From a virus, in IMG/VR virus record IMGVR_UViG_3300047472_000231, positions 1 through 64,000 of that record: DNA of 64,000 bases, one strand, 5' to 3'. Under the pieces are notes generated by a model that worked only from the letters and a program-made list of their open reading frames with translations, was not told where the DNA came from and did no database searches. Of this stretch, positions 36,858 to 47,280 are shown one piece after another. How positions within the stretch are numbered: position 1 is the stretch's first letter; each line of letters opens with the position of its first letter. Position numbers and translations under genes: made by a program.

Positions 36858-38497
36858 GCGCGTTCAACTGGGGCGACCTCCAGCTCGGCCGCATCCCCCT
36901 CAGGGAGACATTCGTCGCGACCGAGTCCGGCGGAGGTGACGGCCGCGGCCTCGACCTCGAAGGGCAGGAGTCGTATCCGCCGCTCACCCGGGCGCAGGTC
37001 ATCGCCCGGCATGACGGCATCAACTCGCTGATCCCCGGGCAGGTCATCAACGTCACATTCACGGATAAACCGGAGCGCAACGGCTTCTACGCCGTGAAAA
37101 GCTCCGGGGCGACCTACACCGAATACCTCAACGAGGCGGTCACCAGCTCCTGGAAGGTCAGCCTCGACCGGATCGGCTCCGACGCGGAAACCGATCTGCA
37201 GAGCAGGCTCACCGGCGCGGTCAGGTTGAACGACTTCGCGTTGGCGGGCGAGCGCTGGCACGCCCCGCCGATCGGCCACTACGGCTACTACACCGGCGCC
37301 ACGAACGCGACGACGATGACCCGCACCGGAGCAGACGGCACCATCACCGTCTACCGCGGCGTACCCGCCAACGTCTCCCCGCGCTGGGGCTGCGTACCGA
37401 CCGCCTACCTTGCCGGCCGAGTCCGCGCCACGACGACGGGCGGGCAGGAGGTGTACGGCGTCGACGTACCCCTTGCTGCGACCGGCTGGTCCCTGACGAA
37501 CGGGCTCATCAACGTCACCGGCGGAGGTGCTGCCACCCTGGACGTGCAGACGTACAGCGGGGGCGCCTACCGCTCCAAGCTGTGGAACGTCTCCGTGGCG
37601 GGCAGTGCGTCGTCGATCACCACGTGGGATGGGGCGACACTGCTCCGCAACGACCCCGAAATGATCGTCCTGCGCCTGACGAAGGGCCTCAACCCGGGCC
37701 GCGCCACCCTCGATCTGACACTGCGCCGCGGCTCCCGCACCGTCGAGGGCTACCTGCAAGTCGGCACCGCCAACACCCTGTGCGCCTATCGGGCAACAGC
37801 TGAGGCCGCCACGAACAACACGTCCTACCTGGTCGCCACCAGCGACGACGCAGACGGCAACGCCTACGCCTGCGGCAGCGCCCGCACTTTCACCGCGCAC
37901 GCCAACGGCGGCATCGTCAAAGCCGCCACCACAGCCCTGGACTTCTGGATCGGCGCCGTCGCCAGCCAGACCACCCTCAACGTCAACCCCACCTTTGAGG
38001 TTGACGTCTCCGACTGGACCCCCACATCAGCGACGCTTACCCGCAGCAACGTGCAGGTGAAGTGGGGCGCCTGGTCCGGGCTGCTCACCACCACAGCCGC
38101 CGCCAACCCCCGTGCAGAGTCGAGCCAGATCGCCGTCACCGCAAGCGGCTCGTACCGGGCATCCGGATGGCTGTACGCCCCGGCCGCAATCCCGACCGGC
38201 TGCGGAGTGAACATCAACTGGTTCGACAACACGCACGCCTACCTGTCCACCTCGGCGAACTCGTCCGTGCCCGCGACCGGGGCGTGGATTCCCTACGACC
38301 AGACGTTCGCCGCGCCTGTGAATGCGGCCTACGCGACCCTCGTGTTCTCCATCGGGGGCACTCCCGGCGCCGGGGTCCTGCTGTACGGCGACGACGTGCG
38401 ACTGCGTGCAGCGACACCATCCGGGGACGCCGCCACCGACCTGCGAAATATGTACATCGCCGCCATGCCGGAAGCCGTCTACGGAGTCCGGAGGTAG
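36854..38497 (+). CDS. Minor tail/distal tail protein with CBM-like insert
   Basis: Follows the tape measure gene; NPTFEVDVSDW...YRASGW...DDVRL. Confidence 0.7.
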   Translation: MSAFNWGDLQLGRIPLRETFVATESGGGDGRGLDLEGQESYPPLTRAQVIARHDGINSLIPGQVINVTFTDKPERNGFYAVKSSGATYTEYLNEAVTSSWKVSLDRIGSDAETDLQSRLTGAVRLNDFALAGERWHAPPIGHYGYYTGATNATTMTRTGADGTITVYRGVPANVSPRWGCVPTAYLAGRVRATTTGGQEVYGVDVPLAATGWSLTNGLINVTGGGAATLDVQTYSGGAYRSKLWNVSVAGSASSITTWDGATLLRNDPEMIVLRLTKGLNPGRATLDLTLRRGSRTVEGYLQVGTANTLCAYRATAEAATNNTSYLVATSDDADGNAYACGSARTFTAHANGGIVKAATTALDFWIGAVASQTTLNVNPTFEVDVSDWTPTSATLTRSNVQVKWGAWSGLLTTTAAANPRAESSQIAVTASGSYRASGWLYAPAAIPTGCGVNINWFDNTHAYLSTSANSSVPATGAWIPYDQTFAAPVNAAYATLVFSIGGTPGAGVLLYGDDVRLRAATPSGDAATDLRNMYIAAMPEAVYGVRR

Positions 38498-38500
38498 CAA

Positions 38501-41365
38501 GTGGCGGTCAATGAAGTCCTCAAAGCCCTCGGCTCGTGGGAGATCAAACTCCTGCCCGGGACGCCCCGCGACGTCCTCGACAGCCTTGATTACTTCGGGC
38601 ACGTCGCGATCGCCCCCGGCCGGCTGGACCCGCTGCAGTACGGCGACAACCTGCTGACGACCGCCCGCTACGTCGGCGTCCTCCGCACCAAGACGATCGG
38701 CGACGACGGCCGCACCAGCGCGCCCCAGGACGACCTCGCCGTCGGCGGCGTCGGCATGGCCATGTGGCTCGGCGACGAAGACGGCAAAGGCGCGATCTAC
38801 GAAAACGCGATCACGCCCGCGTCCGCATCCTTCGCCACCACCATCAACATGCTGCTCCCCGCCTCCGGCGCAGGCGCCGTCACCGCGGGAACCATCTACT
38901 CCGTGGCAGGCCAGTACACGGGCCACCACCAGTACGAGTCCCCGCGGACCGCCATCGGCTACGTGTGCGACACCATGTCCACCACGTCGGTACCCGTCTC
39001 CTGGCGCGTCAACGGCAACGGCACCCTTGACGCCGGCCCGGACGCGAACCTGTTCGTCACCAACCCGACGTGCGTGATCCTCGCGACCGGCGCCGGCGAG
39101 GATATGGCGCTGCGGGCCCTCCCCGGCTCGATGGACGTCACCCGCGACATGGAGGACTACAGCACCCGCGTTGTCCTCCTCGCCGAGGGGGAAGGCTCGA
39201 GCATCGCCACGGGTACGGCGGATATCACCCCGGCGACGCCATACAAGGACATCCACGGCAACGCCTTGAAGTTGACCAGGCTGGTCAGCGAGTCGGACAC
39301 GGCGACCGGGAACGCCGCCACACGCGCGCAGTTGGCGTTGTCGCAGTTCATCTCCACCCGCAACGCGTTGACCTTGTCGACGGCCGACTACGACGTTCAC
39401 GGGTCCTTCCAGGTCGGCGACCGGGTGTGGGTGTACAACCCCGACGCCGGACTCGTCGACACCACCACGGAGATCACGTTCCGGGGGGTGCGGATCAACC
39501 CGCTCAAACTCCAGGTCACCGAGACGTCGTGGGCGATCACCAAGGGGTACACGGTCGCCTACCGCACCGTGAACGGGGCGTGGATCGACCTCACCCAGTA
39601 CGTCGAATGGGAGACCGACGGCACCAACACGGTGACCGTCGGGGACTTCTCCCGGCAGCTCGCCAACACTGGCACAGAGCCTGTCGGCTCCCGCCCCAAT
39701 GCCGACACGTCCACGCCCGGCCAGCCCGTCTTCGTCACCCCGTTCACCGGCGTCGCCTACCTCGATAACCGGGGCTTCACGAGGGCGCGCGTTATCCTCA
39801 ACTGGAACGCACCCCTCAACGTCGACGGCTCCACCGTCCTCGACGGCGACCACTACGAGATCCGCTACGCCGTCGACACCGACATGCTGTACCCGGCGAC
39901 CTGGACGCAGGTCTCCCAGGTCAGGTGGCAGGACTTGCAGTCGTGGGCGCAGCCGTTCGCCGCCCCGACCGGCAAGTGGCAGTCGATGGTCGTCAACTGG
40001 GACACCACCACAGCCCAGCTACAGGACCTGTCCCCGGGCGTCGGCTACGACATCCAGATCCGCGGCGTCGACAAGACCGGCAACACCGGCGCCTGGTCGC
40101 CGACGACGACGTTCGTGGCCTCGGCCGACAACCTGCCGCCCAGCACACCCGCGGCCCCGTCGGTGGCGGGCAGCCGCATCGCCGTGCAGATCACCCACCA
40201 GCTCGGCAAGAGCTCGGGCGGCACGTTCAACCTGGAGTCGGACCTCGATCACCTCGAAGTCCACGTGAGCTACGAGCCCACGTTCACACCGGACGCCACG
40301 ACCCTGAAGGGGAAGGCGGTCGCCAACGCGGGGATGATCCAGGCGCAGATCCCCGTCGTGGTCACCGTGCAGGTCGAGGAGACGTCGGCCCGCTACGTGC
40401 GGGTCGTCGCAGTCGACAAGACCGGCAACAAGAGCGGGCCGTCCGATTCGGCGACAGCGACCGCGCTCCTCATCGACGACGCCCACATCTCCGACCTGAC
40501 CGTCTCGAAGGTCACCGCCGGGCAGATCAACGCCGACTGGATCGTGGGCGCCCGCATCAAGACCGCCGACACCGGGTCGCGCGTCGAGCTCAACAGCGCC
40601 GGCCTCCAGGCCTACGACTCCACCGGCACGCAGACCGTCAACATCGCCGCCGCCGACGGATCCGTGTCCATCATCGGCCAGCTCAAATCCGGCACGTCGG
40701 GTAAGCGTATCGAGATCAACCCGACCAACACCTACCTGCCAGAAATCCGCTGGTACGCCAACACCGGCACTGACTACGGCTACATCAACGCCCTCTCATC
40801 AGGCACGGACGTTAGCCTCGGCATGAACTCGTCGCCCTACGACGACGGCACCGGCACCCAGGTCATCTCCCGCGCCATCCTCAGCACCAGTGCCGCGCAA
40901 CTGTCCGTCATCCGCCAGGACGACCAGTCCCGGCGCGGCGGCTACGTACTGGCGGCGGCAGGAAGCTTGTTCGCCGGGTTCGTCAGGGCAGGAGTAGACG
41001 GCGGCTACTACTACGCCGATTCAGTGCAGGGCCGCTTCGGCTGGAACCCGAACGATGCCGACGGCCAGCACCTGGATTTCAGCAGCGGCAACACCCACCA
41101 CATCGGCCGCTGGGCCGACTTCGCCTCAGCCGGAACCACCGACGGCATCTGGACCGCCAGCGAGCCCTTCGTCGCCTCCGGCGACATCGCCCTCAGCCTG
41201 GGGTATGGGGCGACGATGGCGTCCGGCATGGTGCCCCTCGTGACGCTGCGGCACACCGTGCTGCGGACCTGGCAGGTCACCTCCTCAACCGCGACCGGCA
41301 TCACGGTGACGGTCGGAACATCCAGTGGAATCCCTTCTCTTAGTTGCTGGGTCTATCGTGTCTGA
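38501..41365 (+). CDS. Minor tail/hub protein with FN3-like domains
   Basis: LSPGVGYDIQIRGVDKTGNTGAWS; VRVVAVDKTGNKSGPS. Confidence 0.75.
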   Translation: MAVNEVLKALGSWEIKLLPGTPRDVLDSLDYFGHVAIAPGRLDPLQYGDNLLTTARYVGVLRTKTIGDDGRTSAPQDDLAVGGVGMAMWLGDEDGKGAIYENAITPASASFATTINMLLPASGAGAVTAGTIYSVAGQYTGHHQYESPRTAIGYVCDTMSTTSVPVSWRVNGNGTLDAGPDANLFVTNPTCVILATGAGEDMALRALPGSMDVTRDMEDYSTRVVLLAEGEGSSIATGTADITPATPYKDIHGNALKLTRLVSESDTATGNAATRAQLALSQFISTRNALTLSTADYDVHGSFQVGDRVWVYNPDAGLVDTTTEITFRGVRINPLKLQVTETSWAITKGYTVAYRTVNGAWIDLTQYVEWETDGTNTVTVGDFSRQLANTGTEPVGSRPNADTSTPGQPVFVTPFTGVAYLDNRGFTRARVILNWNAPLNVDGSTVLDGDHYEIRYAVDTDMLYPATWTQVSQVRWQDLQSWAQPFAAPTGKWQSMVVNWDTTTAQLQDLSPGVGYDIQIRGVDKTGNTGAWSPTTTFVASADNLPPSTPAAPSVAGSRIAVQITHQLGKSSGGTFNLESDLDHLEVHVSYEPTFTPDATTLKGKAVANAGMIQAQIPVVVTVQVEETSARYVRVVAVDKTGNKSGPSDSATATALLIDDAHISDLTVSKVTAGQINADWIVGARIKTADTGSRVELNSAGLQAYDSTGTQTVNIAAADGSVSIIGQLKSGTSGKRIEINPTNTYLPEIRWYANTGTDYGYINALSSGTDVSLGMNSSPYDDGTGTQVISRAILSTSAAQLSVIRQDDQSRRGGYVLAAAGSLFAGFVRAGVDGGYYYADSVQGRFGWNPNDADGQHLDFSSGNTHHIGRWADFASAGTTDGIWTASEPFVASGDIALSLGYGATMASGMVPLVTLRHTVLRTWQVTSSTATGITVTVGTSSGIPSLSCWVYRV

Positions 41366-41903
41366 ACCTCGAATCCACACCGTCGACGCGGTGACCGAGC
41401 GCCTCACCAACGGCGCCCCACGCTGGGCCGTCCACCACGTCGACCAGGACGGCAACGGCGGCGGATACGTCTTCCCGAAGGACGCGCTGGAATGGCGGGC
41501 CGCCGAGTACGGGCTTACGGACGCCGACGAAATCCTCGACATCGTCCTACACGAGCCGTACCTACCCGACGCGCCAGACAGAGACGACGCGGCGGCCCGG
41601 GTAGGGCTTGTGACCTCCACGGGACCCGAGGCCGAGCCCATCACACTGCTCAACGCCACATCCACCGCCGATGCCGCCACGGCGCACCGGCTGCGCATCG
41701 CCGACGCCAAGCGCCGCTCAGGCCGGATCGCGCCCCCCGGCAAGGGCAAAGACCCGCTCGACGTCATCAGAGCCAACCACGGCATCGACGCGGAACGCGT
41801 CCGGGCGAAACGCGAGGCCATCGACGTTCATCGCTGGCAGCTGCTGTACGGGGGCTTCCCCGTACCCATCCCTACGGCCACCCTGGAGGTGCCTCGTGCC
41901 TGA
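41358..41903 (+). CDS. Hypothetical tail-region protein
   Basis: Overlapping GTG start; codon bias. Confidence 0.65.
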   Translation: MSEPRIHTVDAVTERLTNGAPRWAVHHVDQDGNGGGYVFPKDALEWRAAEYGLTDADEILDIVLHEPYLPDAPDRDDAAARVGLVTSTGPEAEPITLLNATSTADAATAHRLRIADAKRRSGRIAPPGKGKDPLDVIRANHGIDAERVRAKREAIDVHRWQLLYGGFPVPIPTATLEVPRA

Positions 41904-42861
41904 TCCGTCCACCACCAGGATCTCGCTCTACAAGTCCAAGTCGGACGGGTCCGAGCTGGTCAACTACACCCAGGATCTAGGTCAAAACTGGGACAAGGTC
42001 GACCTCGCCGTCGGCTACCAGGTCGTCACCTCCGGCACCCGCCCAGCAACGCCCTACTCGGGTAAGCCGATCGCGCAGTCCGACACCGCCTACAGCACGT
42101 TCTTCTCCAACGGCACCGCGCCCGCATCCGCCTCCTGGGTCGAAATCCCCAACAGCAGCTCGACTTTCGGCTCCAACCTGAAACTCGCCTCCGGCGCGCA
42201 GCTCACCATCGGCGCAGACGTCAACCTCTTCCGCAACGCCGCCAACGTGCTGCGAACCAACGACGCCCTCATCGTCGACGGCGCCCTCACAGCCAGCAGC
42301 AACGTCGCCATCAGCGGCGACCTCAAACTCGTCGGCGGCACCACCACCTACCGCAACCAGCTCAGCGCACAGACCACCGTCGCGAACACCGCGACAGAAA
42401 CCGTCATCGCCTCCATGACCGTCCCCGCAAACGATGCCGTCGTCGGCGCCGTCTACCGCATCAAAGCGTGGGGCACCGTCTCCGCCGCCGCCGCAACAAC
42501 ACCCACCATGAACTGGAAATGGAAGATCGGCGGCACCGGCGGCTACCAGATGGCGCAAAGCCAAAACCGCACCGCAGCCGCCGCCGGAGTCACCGGCCGG
42601 GCCTGGCAGTGCGTCGGCGAAGTCGTGTGCCTCGCCACCGGCGCCTCAGGATCCTTCCAGGGATCACTGCTCACCATCGAAGGCTGGAGCGTCACCGGCG
42701 GCCCCCCGATCGTCACCCCCGCCACCATCCTCGACGGCATCACCCCCGGCACCCGCGACTCCACCGCCAGCCAGCAGATCTGCCTCACCGCCACGTGGGG
42801 CACCGCCAACGCCGCCAACACCCTGACCTGCCTCGGCTACTACGCCGAACGCATCGCATAG
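41896..42861 (+). CDS. Tail fibre/receptor-binding candidate
   Basis: GGAGG RBS; DLGQNWDKVD N-terminal anchor; Thr/Ala/Gly-rich beta composition. Confidence 0.65.
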   Translation: MPDPSTTRISLYKSKSDGSELVNYTQDLGQNWDKVDLAVGYQVVTSGTRPATPYSGKPIAQSDTAYSTFFSNGTAPASASWVEIPNSSSTFGSNLKLASGAQLTIGADVNLFRNAANVLRTNDALIVDGALTASSNVAISGDLKLVGGTTTYRNQLSAQTTVANTATETVIASMTVPANDAVVGAVYRIKAWGTVSAAAATTPTMNWKWKIGGTGGYQMAQSQNRTAAAAGVTGRAWQCVGEVVCLATGASGSFQGSLLTIEGWSVTGGPPIVTPATILDGITPGTRDSTASQQICLTATWGTANAANTLTCLGYYAERIA

Positions 42862-42872
42862 GAGGAAGTCAC

Positions 42873-42953
42873 ATGACCACGTTCGAGGTCATCCTGCTCA
42901 TCGAGGTCGGCATCATCGCCATCGGTGCACTCCTTGGCTGGCGGCGGCCCTAA
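42873..42953 (+). CDS. 26-aa hydrophobic peptide
   Basis: AGGAGG RBS; MTTFEVILLIEVGIIAIGALLGWRRP. Confidence 0.55.
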   Translation: MTTFEVILLIEVGIIAIGALLGWRRP

Positions 42954-43156
42954 CCCTGCTCGTCCTCCGGGTACGGCGGCTGCGCGGCCAGATCCGGGCC
43001 GCCGGCCGCCGACTGCTGTGCGGCTTGCTCGAGTTCCTTCACGCGCCGCTCCAGCACCTCGACCTGCGCCCGCAGGACGAGGGTCTCGTCGAACAGCTCG
43101 CCGCAGCGCTTCCGGTAGACGGGGAACGCGTCTTCCACGCTGATCTGCTGGCCCAT
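42950..43156 (-). CDS. Small coiled-coil protein
   Basis: Coupled to the HNH gene stop. Confidence 0.55.
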   Translation of the reverse strand: MGQQISVEDAFPVYRKRCGELFDETLVLRAQVEVLERRVKELEQAAQQSAAGGPDLAAQPPYPEDEQG

Positions 43157-43668
43157 CACGCCACCGCTTTCTTCCTGCGGGCCCGCTTGCGGGGGCCGGT
43201 ACGTGCTTCGTATTCCGCGTTCCGTCGCCGGGCGCACCGTCGGCACTCGCGTCCACCGTCTGGTCGGCGGTAGGTGTTCGCTGCGTCGTAGGGGTTGCCG
43301 CAGACGCCGCAATGCGTCTTTGCGGCGTTGACGTTCTGGCCGTGGGTGACGGCGTCGAGCATGTTCTGCGATCGGCTACCGAATGCGAGGTTGGCAGCTC
43401 TGCAGTCAGCCTTCACGCCATTGAGGTGACGGACGTCCACGCCTTCGGAGCGGGGTCCTATGAAGGCCTCGGCGACCAGTTGGTGCACGGATCGGAGTCG
43501 ACGCTTGCCGCCCGTGTAGATGTACAGGGTCATATAGCCGTGGGTGCCCTTGGAAGGCTTGAGGATCTGCGGCGTCTTGCGCAGCAGACTCCGAACGCGC
43601 CCTAGGCTGCTGACCTCGTAGCGCCCTTCGGCGCCAGTCACGGACCGCCACTCTTCTGATTCGGTCAT
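43156..43668 (-). CDS. NUMOD4-HNH homing endonuclease
   Basis: EEWRSV...YEVSSLGRVRS; VHQLVAEAF...VRHLNG...NL. Confidence 0.88.
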   Translation of the reverse strand: MTESEEWRSVTGAEGRYEVSSLGRVRSLLRKTPQILKPSKGTHGYMTLYIYTGGKRRLRSVHQLVAEAFIGPRSEGVDVRHLNGVKADCRAANLAFGSRSQNMLDAVTHGQNVNAAKTHCGVCGNPYDAANTYRRPDGGRECRRCARRRNAEYEARTGPRKRARRKKAVA

Positions 43669-44543
43669 GCCGCCGCCCCCTGGTTGGGGATCTTCTCGGC
43701 GAGCGCCCGGTATCTGTCGAGGAGATCCGTCGCGTTCAGGAAGGGATGTTGAGGAAAAAAGGACCAATGGGACACAACGGCGTTGCCGCGGAGGATGTTG
43801 GGCCGTCCGGTCGCGAGCGGCTGGTGCACGGTGTGGAATGACTCCTCCTCGTCGGGGACGAGGATCCCGGGGCCGTGGGGCAGGTCGGCGTACATGCTGC
43901 CCAGGCTTGCGAAACAGCTGACGGAGAACTGGGTTCCAGGCTGGAGCGGGAAGTCCTGGTACATGTAGAGCGACTCGACGGTCCCCGCCTCTATGTGGTC
44001 GAGGAGCAGCTCGTGCAGCTTCACGGCGAAGGGTCCGTTGGCCCAGCCGGTGGGGTCCATGCAGTAGGCGTTGACGGCGCCCCACTCCATGGGAACCTTC
44101 CCGCACAGCTGCAGGAAGTGGGAGCAGATCGCGTTGTTGATGATGATCGGGAACACGGCGGTCGGCGCGGGCATCTCGATACGGGCGCGTACCAGGTTCT
44201 CGACGGCCGCCTCGTGCAGGTAGACGACATCGTCATCGAGCCGTAGGTAGATCGCGTCGGGGTCGGTCATCTCCCGGTAGGCGTAACCGGTGTTGCGCTG
44301 CTTCTGCCCGTGAATGAGCACCCCCTCCGGCCTGTGCTTGAGAACAAACCAGGGGTACTGCTCCGCCAGCTCGTGCGCGTAGGCGACGTCGTCTTCCTGG
44401 CCGGTCGGGTCGGTGTTCATGAACGCCCAGACCTCGTCGACGAGGCCGCGGGCGACGTCCCGCTTCAGGTACTTGATCAAGATGCTGTACGTTCTGCGGC
44501 GCCCGTAGGGTGTCCAGGCGATCACGCGGCGGCCGTCAATCAT
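43665..44543 (-). CDS. Putative GT-A fold glycosyltransferase
   Basis: TPYGRRR...YLRLDDDVVY (DxD); operon with a GT-B gene and an epimerase. Confidence 0.7.
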   Translation of the reverse strand: MIDGRRVIAWTPYGRRRTYSILIKYLKRDVARGLVDEVWAFMNTDPTGQEDDVAYAHELAEQYPWFVLKHRPEGVLIHGQKQRNTGYAYREMTDPDAIYLRLDDDVVYLHEAAVENLVRARIEMPAPTAVFPIIINNAICSHFLQLCGKVPMEWGAVNAYCMDPTGWANGPFAVKLHELLLDHIEAGTVESLYMYQDFPLQPGTQFSVSCFASLGSMYADLPHGPGILVPDEEESFHTVHQPLATGRPNILRGNAVVSHWSFFPQHPFLNATDLLDRYRALAEKIPNQGAAA

Positions 44544-45556
44544 GCTGCTGTCCTCTCTGCTGCGGGCGCAGAGAGCGCCGCTTCCCACTGTCGGTTGATG
44601 GCCTGGAGGATCGATCCGGAGGCCTCTGCGCGGGCGGCCATGCCCATCTGCTGCCGCAGCCCGGGATCGTCCACGAGGCGCTTCAGGTAGCGGCCCCACT
44701 CGTGCTCGCGCCGCACCAGGAACCCGTTCTCCCCGTGCCGGATCACCCGGCGGTACGGCTCTATGTCCGACGCAATCAACGGGATGCCGAGGATCGAGGA
44801 CTCCAGCCACTTCGTCGGATACTTCGCCCGGTTGAACGGGATGTCCCGGTACGGCGCCACCCAGACGTCCCATTCGCCGACCGCCTGCATGTAGTGCTCG
44901 TGCCGCTCCACCCACCCCAACGCCCCGATCTGCCAGCCGCGGAGCCCGAGCGCCATGGCGTGCTCGGGAGTGATACCGACGATGCGGACCTGCACGCCGC
45001 CGGGCCGCCGGTACTGCGAGATCCGGTTCAGCGCCCGGACCGCCTCCGGGAGTTCGGCGACCGTGGACGACGTGCCGGCCCAGCCAACCGACAGCGGCCG
45101 GCCCTTCGCCTGATAGTCGCGGGGCGTCCCCAGGTACTGCGCCGGCAGCCCATTGGGGACGACTCGGACGTCGGCCGCATAGTCGCGGAGGACGGCGGCC
45201 AGCGGCTCTGAGCAGCAGGTGACGAGGTCGGCGAGCTGCATGTTGTCGGCGAGGCGTTGCAGCATCGCCTTGTCCCAGGTGCGGACGGCGGCCTGGTTGA
45301 CGGGGTCGAGGTGGAAGTAGTCGTCGTCGAGATCGAGGACGAGCCGCTTCCCCTGCTCTTTCAGCCGCTGCCACATCATGGTCGGCTCTGGTTTGGCGAC
45401 GCGGCAGCCAACGACCGTGTCCAGGGCGGGCCAGTCCTTCGGGAGCCGCATCCCGCCAGATACGGCGTGCCCGAGCCATTGCAGGCTCATGCCGGGCAGG
45501 ATCGCCCTATACAGGGCGGAACCTGCCTCGTCGGCCGACCAGAAGTGAACGCGCAC
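44540..45556 (-). CDS. GT-B (GT4-like) glycosyltransferase
   Basis: VLDLDDDYF; VGWAGTSS; FNRAKYPTKWLE...IPLIASD...HGENGFL. Confidence 0.85.
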   Translation of the reverse strand: MRVHFWSADEAGSALYRAILPGMSLQWLGHAVSGGMRLPKDWPALDTVVGCRVAKPEPTMMWQRLKEQGKRLVLDLDDDYFHLDPVNQAAVRTWDKAMLQRLADNMQLADLVTCCSEPLAAVLRDYAADVRVVPNGLPAQYLGTPRDYQAKGRPLSVGWAGTSSTVAELPEAVRALNRISQYRRPGGVQVRIVGITPEHAMALGLRGWQIGALGWVERHEHYMQAVGEWDVWVAPYRDIPFNRAKYPTKWLESSILGIPLIASDIEPYRRVIRHGENGFLVRREHEWGRYLKRLVDDPGLRQQMGMAARAEASGSILQAINRQWEAALSAPAAERTAA

Positions 45557-45557
45557 G

Positions 45558-45884
45558 TCAGGCCACACCGCTTCGCAGCTGAGCCTGAGCCTTCCGGATC
45601 TCGTCCTTGACCTGCTCGCGGAACTTCTCGAAGTCGCCTTCGATCTGGACGTGAAGCGGGTAGCTGTCGGGACCGGTCGGCACCTCGTTGGCGGGGATCT
45701 CAACTTCCTCGTCGAAGACGAGGATGGTTCGAGCTCCGAGCTCGTCCCTCAAGTGGGGTGGATCGCGCAGGAAGTCCAGCATGCTTTCTGGATTCTGGAC
45801 CTTGTCGATGACCAGGACGAACGGCGTGACCATGTCGTCGCCGTGGTGCTCGGTCGGAAGTTCGAGGATCTGCAGACGCGCCAT
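45558..45884 (-). CDS. Hypothetical protein
   Basis: MARLQILELP...PFVLVID; coupled to its neighbours. Confidence 0.65.
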   Translation of the reverse strand: MARLQILELPTEHHGDDMVTPFVLVIDKVQNPESMLDFLRDPPHLRDELGARTILVFDEEVEIPANEVPTGPDSYPLHVQIEGDFEKFREQVKDEIRKAQAQLRSGVA

Positions 45885-46855
45885 CAGACCGTCACCGCCT
45901 GCGAATCGACCAGATACCCGGGGAGCCACTGTTCGGCGTAGTAGCGGACGGTGTGGTGGATGCCTTCGTCGAGGGGCACGAAGTCGGCGGCCGTCATCCC
46001 GATCTGCTGGAGCGTCGTCGTGTCGGAGGAGACGACGGCGTTGGGGACTTCGCCGGGCCGCATCGGCAGGTGCTTGATGGCGACGGGCTCGCGACCCGTG
46101 TACCGGGTGGCTTCTTCGGCGACGAGGCGGGCGATGTCGTTGACGGTGAGGGACTCCAGCGGCCCGACCTCGACCGGCTTCTCGGTGGGCCCGTGGGCGG
46201 CGGTGTGCTCGAGCGCGGTGACGAACGCGCGGGCGACGTCGGCGACGTACACGCAGTCGGAGATCTGGGTGCCGTCTCCGTACACCTCGATTGGGGCGCC
46301 GGTCAGGGCGCGGCACGACAGCGAAGGCATGATCTTCCGAACCTTGCTGGTGCCGTAGGGGGCGGCGATCGACTGCCCCGGCCCGTAGGCGTTGACGGGG
46401 CGGACGATGGTGATCCGGCCGCCGTCCCGGTAGAGGTTGTACATGCGGGCCAGGTCCTCGGCCGCGCTCTTGGTGATCGTGTAGCAGCCGGTTCCCTGGA
46501 GCCGCATGAAGTGGTTGCCCACCCCTGCATAGGCGACCGGTAGCCCGTACTGCGTGGCGGCCTCGAAGACGTTCAGCGAGCCGAGGATGTTCGTCTCCGC
46601 CGACGGGCGCGGGTTGCTGATCGTCTCCTGCGTGCCGAGGACGGCCGCGAGGTGGATGATCCCCTCGCAGTGCGCGGCGGCCTCCGTCACGGCGGTGGCG
46701 TCGCGGACGTCGCCGAGGAAGAACTCCTCGCCGGGCGCGAGCTGCTGGCGGCGGTCCTGGTGGTCCATGACGAGCACCGTGTGGCCGCGCGCGAGGAGTT
46801 CCTTGCGGATCCATGAAGCGATGAAGCCGGAGCCCCCAGTGACGAGTGTCTTCAT
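45884..46855 (-). CDS. NAD-dependent nucleotide-sugar epimerase/dehydratase
   Basis: LVTGGSGFIA, IHLAA, YTITK (YxxxK), NAYGPGQ, GDGTQISD. Confidence 0.92.
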   Translation of the reverse strand: MKTLVTGGSGFIASWIRKELLARGHTVLVMDHQDRRQQLAPGEEFFLGDVRDATAVTEAAAHCEGIIHLAAVLGTQETISNPRPSAETNILGSLNVFEAATQYGLPVAYAGVGNHFMRLQGTGCYTITKSAAEDLARMYNLYRDGGRITIVRPVNAYGPGQSIAAPYGTSKVRKIMPSLSCRALTGAPIEVYGDGTQISDCVYVADVARAFVTALEHTAAHGPTEKPVEVGPLESLTVNDIARLVAEEATRYTGREPVAIKHLPMRPGEVPNAVVSSDTTTLQQIGMTAADFVPLDEGIHHTVRYYAEQWLPGYLVDSQAVTV

Positions 46856-47280
46856 GCCTGCTGCTCCTTGCTGGTGATGTCGCTGTCGAGGGCTTCGATG
46901 AGTTCGCCGGTCGGGCAGGGCCAGAGCACCCCGCAGCTGGGACAGACGTTGTCGGACTCCATCCGCCCGCCGCCCGCCGTGTCGAAGCTGCCGTGACCTT
47001 CGTGGTGCAGGTCGCGGAACTGTTGGACGTAGCGCTGGAGGCGGACGATCTCGCGGACGTAGTCGAGGTTCGTGTGGGTGGTGGCGAGGTGCTCGCAAAC
47101 GGCGGCCTCAACGCGTCCGACCCGCTCGGTCATGGCGTGTTCGACTAGGGCCGCGATCCCGGCTTGGATGCCGTCTTCGATGCGGACGGTGGGCCAGGTG
47201 GTGGGGAGTTGTCCGTCGGGTTCGTCGTGGTGCCAGCCGCAGTCGGGCATGGGGCACAGGTAACGGGTGCCGCTGGTCAC
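46852..47280 (-). CDS. Cys-rich hypothetical protein
   Basis: CPMPDC...CPSC...WPCPT; coupled. Confidence 0.6.
   Translation of the reverse strand: MTSGTRYLCPMPDCGWHHDEPDGQLPTTWPTVRIEDGIQAGIAALVEHAMTERVGRVEAAVCEHLATTHTNLDYVREIVRLQRYVQQFRDLHHEGHGSFDTAGGGRMESDNVCPSCGVLWPCPTGELIEALDSDITSKEQQA

Noticed and set aside
38027-39853. Long antisense ORFs (this one, also 1830-3410, 25438-26922, 51914-53434)
   Set aside because: Shadow ORFs caused by high-GC codon bias opposite well-supported genes.
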